Under the pieces are notes generated by a model. That model was not told where the DNA came from, made no database searches, and worked only from the letters and a program-made list of their open reading frames with translations. Of a stretch of DNA of 46,750 nt, positions 19,192-29,717 are shown in pieces. Both the position numbers and the translations under genes were made by a program. Source of the DNA: an archaeon (lineage in GTDB: Archaea; Nanobdellota; Nanobdellia; SCGC-AAA011-G17; GW2011-AR20); contig NZCT01000024.1 of the NCBI GenBank assembly GCA_002688355.1, positions 177,762-224,511 on the forward strand, given 5' to 3'. Each line of letters opens with the position of its first letter. Position 1 is the stretch's first letter.

Positions 19192-20432
19192 GATGGTTTC
19201 TTCTTAACTAATATATAAAATATTGCTATAAGCCAAACATTAACTAAAATTAAAGAATAAATAAAAGCATATACCAAATAAGTAAGTATTCCTATATTTG
19301 TTCCATTTATTTTTTCTATTTGTTTAGATTGTCTAGTATATTTCCTAGCCAAATACACAATAAATAAAGCTAGAAAGAATATAATAACCCCTAGAAAAAT
19401 CTTAGGATTAGTTAATTCAGCTAAAATTCTATTAAAATCAAAGTTAAAACTAAAATTGAAATTAATTTTATATGCTAGCAAAATTTTCCTAAAAAAACTT
19501 TCAGCTAATCCAAATATACCAGAAAATAATATCGCTAAAGATAATAAAATTGAAATTAATATCATAGGTAAAAATAATAACCCAAAATCACCATACTTCT
19601 TTCCAAAAATAGATTTATATTTTTTCAAATTAAACAAATTACCATAGCACCACCTTAATCTTTGCCTCAATAACTCTTTTAATTTTTTAGGAACATCTGT
19701 ATATGCAACCGCATCCGTCAAGTGAACAAGTTTATGGTTATGAGATTGTATTTTAAGAGCCATCTCAAAATCTTCAGTTATATTATCAACATCAAAACCA
19801 CCATAATCTTCGAATATTTCTCTTCTAAAATATGAACATGCAGGAGCAGCAGATGAACTATTGATAAAACTCAAAATCTTTCTTGTAAACCCAGATAAAG
19901 TATATTCAACAACTTGTATTCTTTCAAGTAAGTTTTTCGGTTTATACGGTTTTAAAGTTGGAATAACAACACCAACAGCATCATCCTTAAAATAAGAAAC
20001 AGCTTTCTTAGTCAATTCTTCAGTCATTAAAGTATCAGCATCTAAGACAACAATAATATCATTCTTAGCTACTTTTATTCCATCATTTAACGCACTAGCT
20101 TTTCCAGCGTTTTCCTTATTTATTAAAGTAACTTCCTTAAACGATTTAGCAACTTCTTTAGTTTTATCTTTACTTCCATCGTTAATTACAATTATTTCAA
20201 TTTTGTCTTTTGGGTAATCTTGATTAAGAATTGATTTTATCGTGTCTGCTAAAATATCTTCCTTATTATAAGCAGGAATTAAAACAGTAACACTTAATGC
20301 ATTCTTTTCATAATCTTTAGGAACTTTCGTAATAAAATCATCTCTATTATACAAAAAAATAGCTATGTAGACCATACTAATAAAAAAGGAGATAAAATAC
20401 GCTATAAAAATTAATACTTCATATGGTTCCAT
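19185..20432 (-). CDS. Processive membrane glycosyltransferase family 2 (D,D,D,QxxRW)
   Basis: IPAYN, NDGSKD, GKASALN, LDAD, TEDF, QRLRW and flanking TM helices. Confidence 0.93.
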   Translation of the reverse strand: MEPYEVLIFIAYFISFFISMVYIAIFLYNRDDFITKVPKDYEKNALSVTVLIPAYNKEDILADTIKSILNQDYPKDKIEIIVINDGSKDKTKEVAKSFKEVTLINKENAGKASALNDGIKVAKNDIIVVLDADTLMTEELTKKAVSYFKDDAVGVVIPTLKPYKPKNLLERIQVVEYTLSGFTRKILSFINSSSAAPACSYFRREIFEDYGGFDVDNITEDFEMALKIQSHNHKLVHLTDAVAYTDVPKKLKELLRQRLRWCYGNLFNLKKYKSIFGKKYGDFGLLFLPMILISILLSLAILFSGIFGLAESFFRKILLAYKINFNFSFNFDFNRILAELTNPKIFLGVIIFFLALFIVYLARKYTRQSKQIEKINGTNIGILTYLVYAFIYSLILVNVWLIAIFYILVKKKPSW

Positions 20433-20446
20433 TTTTCTCTCCTACA

Positions 20447-21886
20447 CTAAGGAAAATATTTCCAAATTTGAACATCATCATTTTCATAAACTTCAATAAA
20501 ATTTTCACTAAATCGAGCAACAAATAATAATCCATCATTATCATCATTCCACACTAAACCATTAGTCATATCTTTTGTAACATAAATGTACCTTATTCCA
20601 TATTTATTAAGTAGTTTCTTTGTCTTCTCTAAATTTCTTGAATGTGAAATATCTTCATTATCCTTTATTCTCTCGTCAATATCTTGAACATATAAAAAAT
20701 TCTTATCAATGAAATTTTCTCTTTGAGCTATTGAATTTATAAAAATACCATTCTTATAATGAGAAAAAACAACATCTTCTTTGTTAGAAGTATCTCTAAT
20801 ATATTCTAAACTTTCTTGAATATTTTTATTAGGTTCCAAAGATTCAAATTTTGTCGTATAACCAAAACCAGAAAATATTATTCCAAATATTAAAATAGCA
20901 ATTGTAATTTTTTTAATACTATTTACTTCCCATCTTGTGTTATATATTTTAATTAATCCTAGAGCTGCTAAATAGCTCAATAAAAATGTTAGATATATAA
21001 TCAACTTAGGTTCAAAGAAAACTAATAATGACAACATAAACAAATACAAATAAATTATATTATACTTATACTTATTCTCCCATAATTTCTTAAGTCCAAT
21101 TAAACCTAAAACTATTACAAATAAACTTACCCCAAAACCATTAAACTCAGTTATAATATTCTGTAAAATATATGCAAATCCTTGAAAAGAATAATCAGGT
21201 AAACCAAATTTCACAATTTGCCAAAGGAAAGCAATTATTGATGTTATAAATACTCCTAAAATATAATAACCAAGTTTTCTATTCTCTTTCTTATATATTA
21301 AATATAAAGAAACCAAAAAAAATGAAGTAATAAAGTTAAAGAAACCAAAAAAAGGCATCAAAGAGAATAAAACCAAAGATAAAACATATTTATTATTCAA
21401 AAACAAATAAAATCCTAATAACATTAAAAACACCGGTATCATAAAAAAATTAACAGTCGTAAAATTATACAAAAACGTATTAGATAAAAGTAAAATAATA
21501 AATGAAACAAGAATAGTAACATTATCTATATTAAATTTCTTTAGTATCTTTACAAACATCCATGAAGATAAAATTCCAAATAATCCTGGTAAAAAAAGAA
21601 AAACTAAATTATTTAATTTACTAAACAAAGAGAAAAATAAAATTGTTCCTAATGGATATACTAAAGGTCTACCAGCAAAACTCAATTGATCACTTAAATT
21701 AAAATTCCAAATTATTGTTTCAGCAATTCTATTAATCAAATAACTATCATCTCCAGGAATTATAAAATTTGATCTAATTAAAAAAGGTAAAACCAAAATT
21801 ATAAGCGAAATAATTAGGAAATATTTGGTCTTAACAACTGATCTTATAGATTGTTTCTCTTTCTTTTGTAAAGCAACGTTCATCAT
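20447..21886 (-). CDS. Multi-TM GT-C/STT3-like membrane protein (paralog 2)
   Basis: GDDSY, SFAGR...YP, many TM helices, soluble C-domain LEYIRDTS..DVVFS....G..I...AQR, LLNKYGIRYIYV. Start uncertain (56-bp overlap). Confidence 0.65.
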   Translation of the reverse strand: MMNVALQKKEKQSIRSVVKTKYFLIISLIILVLPFLIRSNFIIPGDDSYLINRIAETIIWNFNLSDQLSFAGRPLVYPLGTILFFSLFSKLNNLVFLFLPGLFGILSSWMFVKILKKFNIDNVTILVSFIILLLSNTFLYNFTTVNFFMIPVFLMLLGFYLFLNNKYVLSLVLFSLMPFFGFFNFITSFFLVSLYLIYKKENRKLGYYILGVFITSIIAFLWQIVKFGLPDYSFQGFAYILQNIITEFNGFGVSLFVIVLGLIGLKKLWENKYKYNIIYLYLFMLSLLVFFEPKLIIYLTFLLSYLAALGLIKIYNTRWEVNSIKKITIAILIFGIIFSGFGYTTKFESLEPNKNIQESLEYIRDTSNKEDVVFSHYKNGIFINSIAQRENFIDKNFLYVQDIDERIKDNEDISHSRNLEKTKKLLNKYGIRYIYVTKDMTNGLVWNDDNDGLLFVARFSENFIEVYENDDVQIWKYFP

Positions 21887-23285
21887 TTGTGTATAAAATT
21901 TCTTGAATATTATATTTTTCCTTTACTCTCTGAGTAAAATAAATATAATCAATATTATATCTCCTTATTAAATCTAATGCAACAGCCTCACTCCAAGTAG
22001 TGTAAATTATTTCAACATCATCTATTCTCTGTTCTAAATTAGGCACTAAAAAAACATTAGAATCTAAAATACTTTTTCTTTCTGCTAGTCCAATAACATA
22101 ATTACCCTCTTCCATAATAGATAAAATAACAGATTTCTTATTTGTATTTTCTCTTAGCCATTTTAAATCATCTAATTCATCATTATTAATTTCAAAAGAA
22201 TTAGCCATTAAAAAACTAGGGAAAACTGATAATAAGAAAATCAAACCAACAAATAAAAAAATAAAATAATTTCTAAATCTAGCAGCCTTTGTAATTTTTA
22301 AATAATTCAAGAGTCTAACTATTGCTAATGAAGATGTAACAGTAAATGTTATTGCTAAAATTAATAATATAAGATCAACATTAATTAAATTTAAAATACC
22401 CATCAATAATGTAGTGATAATAAATCCAGATAATAACACAATAATATTATTCTTTTGATTATAATATCCAAAAAATAATCCAACTACACCTAAAATAAAC
22501 ACAATTAATCCTAATCCAAAAAAATCTGTAAAAATATTAAAACTAGCTAAGAAAGCAGAGTTCATACTAGTTATAGAATCTCTAGTAACATAATTAAATC
22601 CATGAAAGATAAATGATTTCCTATAAATTAAAATATTAACAAATGCAATTAAAAAAAATGTAAATATAATTAATTCTTTTCTCCTATTATCTAAAAATGA
22701 ATTATCAATATTCAACAACAGCATATAGAAAACCAAACCTAAAACAAAAATAATTGAGATTGGATGTATTAACCCAATAAAGAATACTAAAAATAAAAAT
22801 AAATTAAAGTATCTTTTATCTTCAATTTTAATTAACAAATAAAACATCAAAAACATTAAAGGTAAAATTAAATGTAAAGGACTAATTTGATTTAAAGTTG
22901 ATTTTAAAACTAATGGTGAAAAAGCAATTAGCAAAGCAGATATAACTGAAGCAGTTTCATTTCTCGTAAGCTCTTTACTTAAGAAATATACAATAATTAC
23001 CAAAGAAGCGATTAACAAAGCAGGAATTATCTTTAAATAAAAAGGTAAAAACAAAAATACAGATATAAAAAAATGAAATAACTGGGGATAGTTAACATCC
23101 CTTCCAGAAAAACTTAGCTCATCATACGTCAATATACTACCATCTTGAACATAATTATTAATTATTCTCAAATGGGAATATGAATCTGAACCAAAAAAAT
23201 GTTCATTACTTAATCCATAAAACAAATTAAAAGAAAGTGATAATAAAAATAATAATATTACAATATGTATTGGTTTAATCTTCAT
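21831..23285 (-). CDS. Multi-TM GT-C/STT3-like membrane protein (paralog 1)
   Basis: GSDSYSH, SFSGR...YP, many TM helices, LKWLRENT...VILS...G......ER, LIRRYNIDYIYF. Confidence 0.65.
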   Translation of the reverse strand: MKIKPIHIVILLFLLSLSFNLFYGLSNEHFFGSDSYSHLRIINNYVQDGSILTYDELSFSGRDVNYPQLFHFFISVFLFLPFYLKIIPALLIASLVIIVYFLSKELTRNETASVISALLIAFSPLVLKSTLNQISPLHLILPLMFLMFYLLIKIEDKRYFNLFLFLVFFIGLIHPISIIFVLGLVFYMLLLNIDNSFLDNRRKELIIFTFFLIAFVNILIYRKSFIFHGFNYVTRDSITSMNSAFLASFNIFTDFFGLGLIVFILGVVGLFFGYYNQKNNIIVLLSGFIITTLLMGILNLINVDLILLILAITFTVTSSLAIVRLLNYLKITKAARFRNYFIFLFVGLIFLLSVFPSFLMANSFEINNDELDDLKWLRENTNKKSVILSIMEEGNYVIGLAERKSILDSNVFLVPNLEQRIDDVEIIYTTWSEAVALDLIRRYNIDYIYFTQRVKEKYNIQEILYTNDERCFTKERETIYKISC

Positions 23286-23844
23286 TTTTGTCTTCTAAAT
23301 CCTTAGAATCATTAATTTTTAATAAAGACTGATTTTCCTCTACTTTAACATTCTCCTCCATTTTAATTTTAAGCTCATTATCCACAACATCAAAGTAATC
23401 ATAAAATTTACTCGTTAATCTTAAAGTTCTAGTTCTTCCAGTTTTCTCAGCAGTAACAAATTCTAATTCTTTTAATTTCTTAATGTGTTCATAAGCTACA
23501 TTACTTCTCATTTTAATTATATCTGATTGCAATATTGGTTGTTTATACGCAATTAAAGCTAAAGTTTCCTGCGTAGATTTATCCATTTCAGAATCTTCTA
23601 ATAATTGTGTTGTTAAATACAAATAATCTTTAGCAATATTTAATTTGTAAGAATTCTCATTATCTATGATCTCTAAAGAAGTATCTCTAGCATCATATTC
23701 TTCCTTCAATTTCTTAATAGAGTCCTTAACAATACCTACACTACCTAAATTACACATTTTAGCTAATTCATCTATAGTTAGGAACCTTCCTGTAGTAAAT
23801 AAAATAGCTTCAACTCTCTTCTTATAATCGTTTAAATCAGTCAT
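23275..23844 (-). CDS. scpB: SMC-Scp complex subunit ScpB
   Basis: VEAILF, ETLALIAYKQPI, HIKKL, TSKFYDYF. Confidence 0.93.
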   Translation of the reverse strand: MTDLNDYKKRVEAILFTTGRFLTIDELAKMCNLGSVGIVKDSIKKLKEEYDARDTSLEIIDNENSYKLNIAKDYLYLTTQLLEDSEMDKSTQETLALIAYKQPILQSDIIKMRSNVAYEHIKKLKELEFVTAEKTGRTRTLRLTSKFYDYFDVVDNELKIKMEENVKVEENQSLLKINDSKDLEDKNED

Positions 23845-23900
23845 TTTCTATAAAGAATTTATAACAATTTTTAAAGTTTTGGTATTTATATCTTAAAAGA

Positions 23901-23966
23901 AAATCTAAAAACAAACCATTTTGTGATGGTTCCCATTGGAATGTAAAATTTAAAGACGATCAATAA
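23901..23966 (+). pseudogene. 3' remnant of a CDGSH iron-sulfur domain gene
   Basis: Intergenic + frame reads KSKNKPFCDGSHWNVKFKDDQ-stop. No CxC and no start codon before the in-frame TAA at 23862. Confidence 0.8.
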
Positions 23967-25054
23967 AGTACATATCTCAAAATAGCAGCAATACCACCAA
24001 TTTCTTTAAACTGTTTTCCTTCATTACTTTCTCCGCTGATAAGTTCAACAGTACCACCAAATGCTTCTGTTTTTTTCTCTAATTCTTCAATTACTTTATC
24101 ATCTAACTCTTCATTTAACAATAAAATATCAACAGCACCATATTCAATTGCTTTCTCAACCTTTTCTTTACCTAAAGCAACTTTTTGCTCTTCTTTACCT
24201 AAAGTATCAAAAAACTTTGTTAACAATTTCTTCTCTTTAATGATACTCTCTTGAGCTAACAAATCTTTACTTTTATCAACTAACTCATTTAAACCAAAAT
24301 CTCCAGTATATCCAAGATCTTTAGTTCCCATGATTTTTTTCTTTAATTCATTGTTCAAATAATCTCCATCTCTAAAAGTTTCTTTTGTAGGTCCAGGCCC
24401 ACCAATAATTATTCCACTTAAATTTTTCATCTCTAAAAATGTTTTATTTGAAATTTCAGCAATTCTTTTATAAAATTCATGTGCAGCCTCTTCTCTTAAC
24501 CTAGCAAACCTCACACTCGATTGACCACCAGCTTTAGTCTTTCCAGGAACACCAGATGTCATATGTGCAATTTCAGTAATACTACTTCCTTTTAACAATC
24601 CAACTGTACCTTCACGATTATCTAACACAATTAAACCATAAACATTTTTAGCTTCCATTTGATCTTTTAAAATATCTAACATAAAAGTTTGATCACATCT
24701 ATACAATCTTGTTTGAATTGGATTAGGAGGCTCAATAGAAAATACTTTAATATCTTCAGCATGTTCTTTTTCTGAAACATTACCAGAAAAAACAGCTAAA
24801 CCATTGTCAGGAGTTTTCTTAAACAAACGTAAATGTCTGATCATTCTCTCTAAAGAATCTATAACTCTATTTCTATTATTTTTATCTTTAATATTAGAAG
24901 CAGTTCCTTGCTCTTGTTGTAAATGTTGTATTATCTTAACTAATTCATAACCTTGAGGAATATAAACAGAAACTAATTCAGTATGTCTTCCTCTAACCTT
25001 ATCTAATTCTTTTACAAATTTACTTAGTTTTCTTTCTTCTAGTTTATCTGTCAT
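23960..25054 (-). CDS. prf1: Peptide chain release factor aRF1
   Basis: TELVSVYIP, ASNIKD, YRCDQTF, AGGQS..RF, GGPGPTK, IGGIAAILRY. Confidence 0.97.
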   Translation of the reverse strand: MTDKLEERKLSKFVKELDKVRGRHTELVSVYIPQGYELVKIIQHLQQEQGTASNIKDKNNRNRVIDSLERMIRHLRLFKKTPDNGLAVFSGNVSEKEHAEDIKVFSIEPPNPIQTRLYRCDQTFMLDILKDQMEAKNVYGLIVLDNREGTVGLLKGSSITEIAHMTSGVPGKTKAGGQSSVRFARLREEAAHEFYKRIAEISNKTFLEMKNLSGIIIGGPGPTKETFRDGDYLNNELKKKIMGTKDLGYTGDFGLNELVDKSKDLLAQESIIKEKKLLTKFFDTLGKEEQKVALGKEKVEKAIEYGAVDILLLNEELDDKVIEELEKKTEAFGGTVELISGESNEGKQFKEIGGIAAILRYVLY

Positions 25055-25057
25055 TTT

Positions 25058-27454
25058 CTAATTAAACTTAACATCAAACTTATTTCCAAAATTTATCATA
25101 GAAGCACTAGTAACAGCCTTTAAATCTTTTAGCATGTCTTCATTAAAATCTTTTTCATATTTTTTCTCTAATTCTAAAACAATTTCTTCTTTCATTGATT
25201 TATTTTCCTTAGATTTCTCAGCTCTAACTTTTCTTAAGATATCTACAAAACTATTTCCCATTTTTTCAATTTTTTTATCATTCATCTTTTTATCTTCTGC
25301 TGGCCATTTACTTAAACTAATACTATTAACCTTTTCTTTTTTACTAAAATAATTCAAATAAATTTCCTCAGTTACAAAAGGGATTATAGGAGAAAACATT
25401 TTTAATACACTTAAAAAAGTATTATACAAAGTATATTGTGCACTTCTCTTAGAATCTAAACCTCGTTTATCTTCATTGTACAATCTATCTTTAACAATTT
25501 CTAAATAATAATCACAAAAAACATTCCAAAAGAAATTCTCAACTTCACTTTTAACTCTAGAATATTCATATTTATCAAAATTTTCTGTACATACTTTAAT
25601 CAAATTATTTAATTTTATTAATAACCATCTATCTATATCTTCTAATTCTTTACTCTTTAAATCTCTATGAACATAATCTTTTAAATGCATAGAAACAAAT
25701 CTAAAAGTATTCCATAATTTATTCAAAGTTTTTTGTCCTGTAACAACATCTTTTTCATGATAAGCTAAATCATCTCCCAATTTAGAACTTGCAGCCCAAA
25801 ATCTTAACGAATCTGCAGAGTATTTATCTAAAACTTCTTGTGGTTCAATGATATTGCCTTTACTTTTACTCATTTTCTCTCCTTTCAAAAAAACAAATCC
25901 ACTTATTGTAATATCATCCCAAGGATTTTTGTTAGAATGTAACTGACTTTTAACCATAGTATTAAACAACCAAAAATTTATTATGTCCGCAGACTGTGGT
26001 CGTAAAGACATTGGAAATATTTTATCATATATTTTTTTATCTTTAACAAAAAATTCTCTAACTATCTGTGGTGTTAAAGCAGAAGTTGCCCACGTATCTA
26101 AAACATCTTTCTCTCCTATAAATTTACTAGAACCACATTTACATTTCTTAACAGGAGCTTTATCTTTTAATGGATCAACTGGTAAATCTTTTTCATTAGC
26201 TAAAATAATTTCACTACAATCTTGACAATACCAAACTGGAAACGGAACTCCATAATGCCTTTGTCTAGAAATACACCAATCCCATTGCAAACCTTTAATC
26301 CAATTTTCCAATCTAACTTGCATATGTTTTGGATACCAATTTAATTCCTTACCATTTTTCAAAAATTGTTTCCTTAAATCTAAATATTTTATAAACCATT
26401 GTTCACTTTCTAAAATTTCAATTTCATTACCACATCTTTCATGCACATTTACAGCATGTTTAATATCTTTCTCTCCAACTAACAAATTACTTTCTTTAAG
26501 ATCTTCAATTATTTGTTTTCTTGCTTCTCTAACATTTAGTCCTTCGTACTTTCCAGCTATACTAGTCATCCTACCTTCTCGATCAATTGCCTCCTTCAAA
26601 GGCAAATTATAAGCTAAATACCATTCAGTATCGTTAGAATCTCCAAAAGTACAACACATTACAACACCAGTTCCTTTTTCAATATCTACACGTTTATCTT
26701 CTAAAACTTTAACTTTATGATTAAACAAAGGAACAGTTAATTCCTTACCAACTAAACTTTTATTTTTCTTATCTTCAGGATTAACAAAAACAGCAACACA
26801 AGCACTTAACAATTCAGGTCTAGTCGTACTTATAACAACATCTTTACTTCCTAATTTAAATTTAACATCAACAAACTTACTACTAAACTCTTTATCTTCC
26901 ATTTCAACTTGAGCAATAGCAGTTCTACAAATTGGACAAAAAAACGTTGGGGCTTTTTTTCTATACTCTCTTCCTTTTTTATATAACTCAATAAAAGATT
27001 TTTGACTTATTCTTTGAGAGTGTTCACTTATTGTAGTATAAAACAAATCAAAATCACAACTCATTCCAATATTCTTCCAACCGTCAATAAACTCAGGCCT
27101 TATCTCATTTAAAGTTTTCAAAACTAATTTAATGAAATCTTTCCTTTCCATCTTATTTGACTTTACACCTTTTAGCTTCTCAACTAATCTTTCGGTAGCT
27201 AACCCATTGTCATCAGTTCCAAATGGAAATAAAACATTATATCCTTGCATTCGTTTAAATCGAACAATAAAATCTTCTTGTGCATAAGAAAAAGCATGTC
27301 CCATATGCATTCTCCCAGAAACAGTTGGAGGTGGAGTATCAACAGAGAATATTTTATCTTTATTTTTATTATTAAATTTAAAAATCTTATTTTTATCCCA
27401 ATACTTCTGTATCTTTACTTCAATACTCTTACTTTCATAATTTTTAACTAACAT
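25058..27454 (-). CDS. valS: Valine-tRNA ligase (archaeal type)
   Basis: DTPPPTVSG.MHMGH, TTRPE, GTGVVMCCTFGD, WCISRQR, DVLDTW, KMSKS. Confidence 0.97.
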   Translation of the reverse strand: MLVKNYESKSIEVKIQKYWDKNKIFKFNNKNKDKIFSVDTPPPTVSGRMHMGHAFSYAQEDFIVRFKRMQGYNVLFPFGTDDNGLATERLVEKLKGVKSNKMERKDFIKLVLKTLNEIRPEFIDGWKNIGMSCDFDLFYTTISEHSQRISQKSFIELYKKGREYRKKAPTFFCPICRTAIAQVEMEDKEFSSKFVDVKFKLGSKDVVISTTRPELLSACVAVFVNPEDKKNKSLVGKELTVPLFNHKVKVLEDKRVDIEKGTGVVMCCTFGDSNDTEWYLAYNLPLKEAIDREGRMTSIAGKYEGLNVREARKQIIEDLKESNLLVGEKDIKHAVNVHERCGNEIEILESEQWFIKYLDLRKQFLKNGKELNWYPKHMQVRLENWIKGLQWDWCISRQRHYGVPFPVWYCQDCSEIILANEKDLPVDPLKDKAPVKKCKCGSSKFIGEKDVLDTWATSALTPQIVREFFVKDKKIYDKIFPMSLRPQSADIINFWLFNTMVKSQLHSNKNPWDDITISGFVFLKGEKMSKSKGNIIEPQEVLDKYSADSLRFWAASSKLGDDLAYHEKDVVTGQKTLNKLWNTFRFVSMHLKDYVHRDLKSKELEDIDRWLLIKLNNLIKVCTENFDKYEYSRVKSEVENFFWNVFCDYYLEIVKDRLYNEDKRGLDSKRSAQYTLYNTFLSVLKMFSPIIPFVTEEIYLNYFSKKEKVNSISLSKWPAEDKKMNDKKIEKMGNSFVDILRKVRAEKSKENKSMKEEIVLELEKKYEKDFNEDMLKDLKAVTSASMINFGNKFDVKFN

Positions 27455-27568
27455 AATTTCTTATTTGACGAATTAATTTAAAATACTTATCATTTTATTA
27501 AATTCATATATTTTTCAAGAAAACTCTTAATATAAAGGTTTAAGAAATTTTTCACTCATCATTTATCT

Positions 27569-28816
27569 ATGATAGAATTTGAAGAACAACAATTAGGAAC
27601 TCATAAAGTTACTATAGTAAAAGAATACAAAAATCCAAAACATTTGGAAATAGAGCTAACAAATTGTAATTTTTATAGAAATATAAATCAACAACGTCAA
27701 AAGTGGAGTAGTTCTTATATAAATTTTAGAGATATAATATCCAAAGATAAAGAAAACAACACATTAGCATTCTATGACGCAGGAAAATATTCTATAACAG
27801 ATTTAAATGATTCGGGTTTTGTAAATATAAAAACATTAGAAGAATCAATTATTCAGATAGCTAGGTGCGCTATAGAAGGTCAAAAAGGAATAGAAGAAGG
27901 ATTAATAACACCAGATGGAAGCATAACACAATATTTTCAAGATAATAAAAACCGAGAAGAAATTTACAAAGAAATAGAGGAAAGAATTTTACAACCAATG
28001 GTAGAATATGATAGGAAAGGAAAGGAAATTCACCATACAACAAAAGACGATATAATAAATTTTTTTACAGAATTACGTATAAATCAAATTAAATTAATGC
28101 AACAATACATAAAAAACTATAATAAAGGTCTTGTATATATTTATGATTCACATCCTGATAACATTAGAACATCAGATAAAGAATCAAAACAAGTAGTACT
28201 AGCAGATTTAGACTTAGGTTTTCAAACATTTGAACCTGAAGTTTTTATTAGGTTATTACAACCAGGATTTCAATACAATTTAGATCCTAAAATTTTCCCA
28301 TTAAAAGACGAAGTTAAACGTGTTTCAAAAGCTCTAGATTACGCACAATTACAAACTCTTCGTTCTCGTGCTATTATAGATGATAATGAAGATCTTATAA
28401 TTAAGATAGATAGATTCCTAGAAGACAAAACAGTGTTTAAAAGTCTAAAAGAAAATAATGAATTCTACAACTTTATTTCCAGAGAGGAAAAAAATGAATA
28501 CAAATTTTTATCAAATTTAGAATTAATTAGACATCATTTAAAAGAATACAGTAGGAAAACTAAGTTATTAAACCAAAAAAAAGATAATTATGATGATCAA
28601 AATATTTCATTGACAAGAAAATTAGAGAACATGCGTAATAACCATCTAAAAATGTTTAAAATATGGACAACTGCATTAGTATTGACATCAAAAGGATCTG
28701 AAATAATTGGAAAAAGAGATGGATTCTTTATTACAAAAATATTATCACATATTTTACATAAAGAAGATAATAATTTAAGTTTATCAAAAGAATTATATGA
28801 AAAATATATTAATTAG
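27569..28816 (+). CDS. Orphan protein with protein-kinase-like motifs
   Basis: TIVKEY, ILQPMVE, IYDSHPDNI (DxHxxN), VVLADLD; helical C-terminus. Confidence 0.5.
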   Translation: MIEFEEQQLGTHKVTIVKEYKNPKHLEIELTNCNFYRNINQQRQKWSSSYINFRDIISKDKENNTLAFYDAGKYSITDLNDSGFVNIKTLEESIIQIARCAIEGQKGIEEGLITPDGSITQYFQDNKNREEIYKEIEERILQPMVEYDRKGKEIHHTTKDDIINFFTELRINQIKLMQQYIKNYNKGLVYIYDSHPDNIRTSDKESKQVVLADLDLGFQTFEPEVFIRLLQPGFQYNLDPKIFPLKDEVKRVSKALDYAQLQTLRSRAIIDDNEDLIIKIDRFLEDKTVFKSLKENNEFYNFISREEKNEYKFLSNLELIRHHLKEYSRKTKLLNQKKDNYDDQNISLTRKLENMRNNHLKMFKIWTTALVLTSKGSEIIGKRDGFFITKILSHILHKEDNNLSLSKELYEKYIN

Positions 28817-29717
28817 ACTTAAAATTCAAATTTGTTGATTCATAAATAATATTAGTCATATTCATAACAATATTTCTCAAATAATTCAAAACAATAGAAT
28901 CTGATACACTTTTTTCTCTTGATGAAATAATTCTATCTAAAATATCTTCCATTTTACAAAAGATTTTAGCACTTTTATCTAATTCATAATTATAGAACAA
29001 TCCATATATTTGATTAAAATAATCTCCAACCTCATCATATAAAGAAAGAGCATTTTTAGATATGACTATCTTTGAATCAATAATATAGTATATTAGAAAT
29101 TTATATTCATCGGCAGTTTTTTCAATGGAATTAACAAGATTATAGAAAAATGGTGTTTTATCTTTTAAACTTTTATTTTTCAAGATCATACGTAAAGAAA
29201 AATTTGTTAATCTATTAATTGTAACTTCCAAATCTAAAATAGATTTCAAGCCTTTAATATCATTTTTCTTTAAGTATTTTCCCATAGAATCAATTACATT
29301 TTTTGTAACTAAAAATAATCTACGTAAAGTATTATTAAACTCATCTTCTAATTCAGTTGTAACAATTCTTATAACACAATGAGATTTTCCTTGTTCAATA
29401 ATTTCATATCCAATAGAATCTTTAAGGATTTTCTCAATTAAACGCAAATCACCTATATTTTTATATTTAAAAGTAACATGATCATAGCCAGAAGTATATA
29501 AACAAATTATTAATTTCAAAATAAATCTTCCATATTTTTCAATATCTAAAACTATTGATTTAATTTTCTTCTCTTCTGAAATTTTTATTAAAATATTACC
29601 TTCAAATAATTCCAAAAAAACTTGATCACCTTTATTTATTCCAAAGTCCCGTGTCCATTGTGCAGGTAAAGACACAACTAAAGTTGAATTTGCTAGCTGT
29701 ATAACATTTCTTCTCAT
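28809..29717 (-). CDS. AbrB/MazE-PhoU family regulator
   Basis: MRRNVIQLANSTLVVSLPAQW...GINKGD (AbrB), Y.SGYD, GYEIIEQ, LRRLF, IEKTAD. Start moved from 29738 to the ATG at 29717, where the family N-terminus begins. Confidence 0.88.
   Translation of the reverse strand: MRRNVIQLANSTLVVSLPAQWTRDFGINKGDQVFLELFEGNILIKISEEKKIKSIVLDIEKYGRFILKLIICLYTSGYDHVTFKYKNIGDLRLIEKILKDSIGYEIIEQGKSHCVIRIVTTELEDEFNNTLRRLFLVTKNVIDSMGKYLKKNDIKGLKSILDLEVTINRLTNFSLRMILKNKSLKDKTPFFYNLVNSIEKTADEYKFLIYYIIDSKIVISKNALSLYDEVGDYFNQIYGLFYNYELDKSAKIFCKMEDILDRIISSREKSVSDSIVLNYLRNIVMNMTNIIYESTNLNFKSN

Noticed and set aside
12838-19647. Tracked ORFs 12838-13170, 15416-15883, 16207-16389, 19456-19647
   Set aside because: Antisense to PCNA, the membrane protein, the NTase and GT2; shadow ORFs.
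23914-23941. Hairpins AACCAT/ATGGTT and TTCC/GGAA as an ncRNA
   Set aside because: Better explained as the coding remnant PFCDGSHW; a terminator role cannot be excluded.
23960-25054. Short aRF1 with NIKD as a sign of an altered genetic code
   Set aside because: TAA, TAG and TGA all end conserved genes here and no gene shows internal stops.
15917-27556. Shared AATTTTTCACT upstream of two accessory genes
   Set aside because: An 11-bp AT-rich match at different distances from the start codons; plausible by chance.
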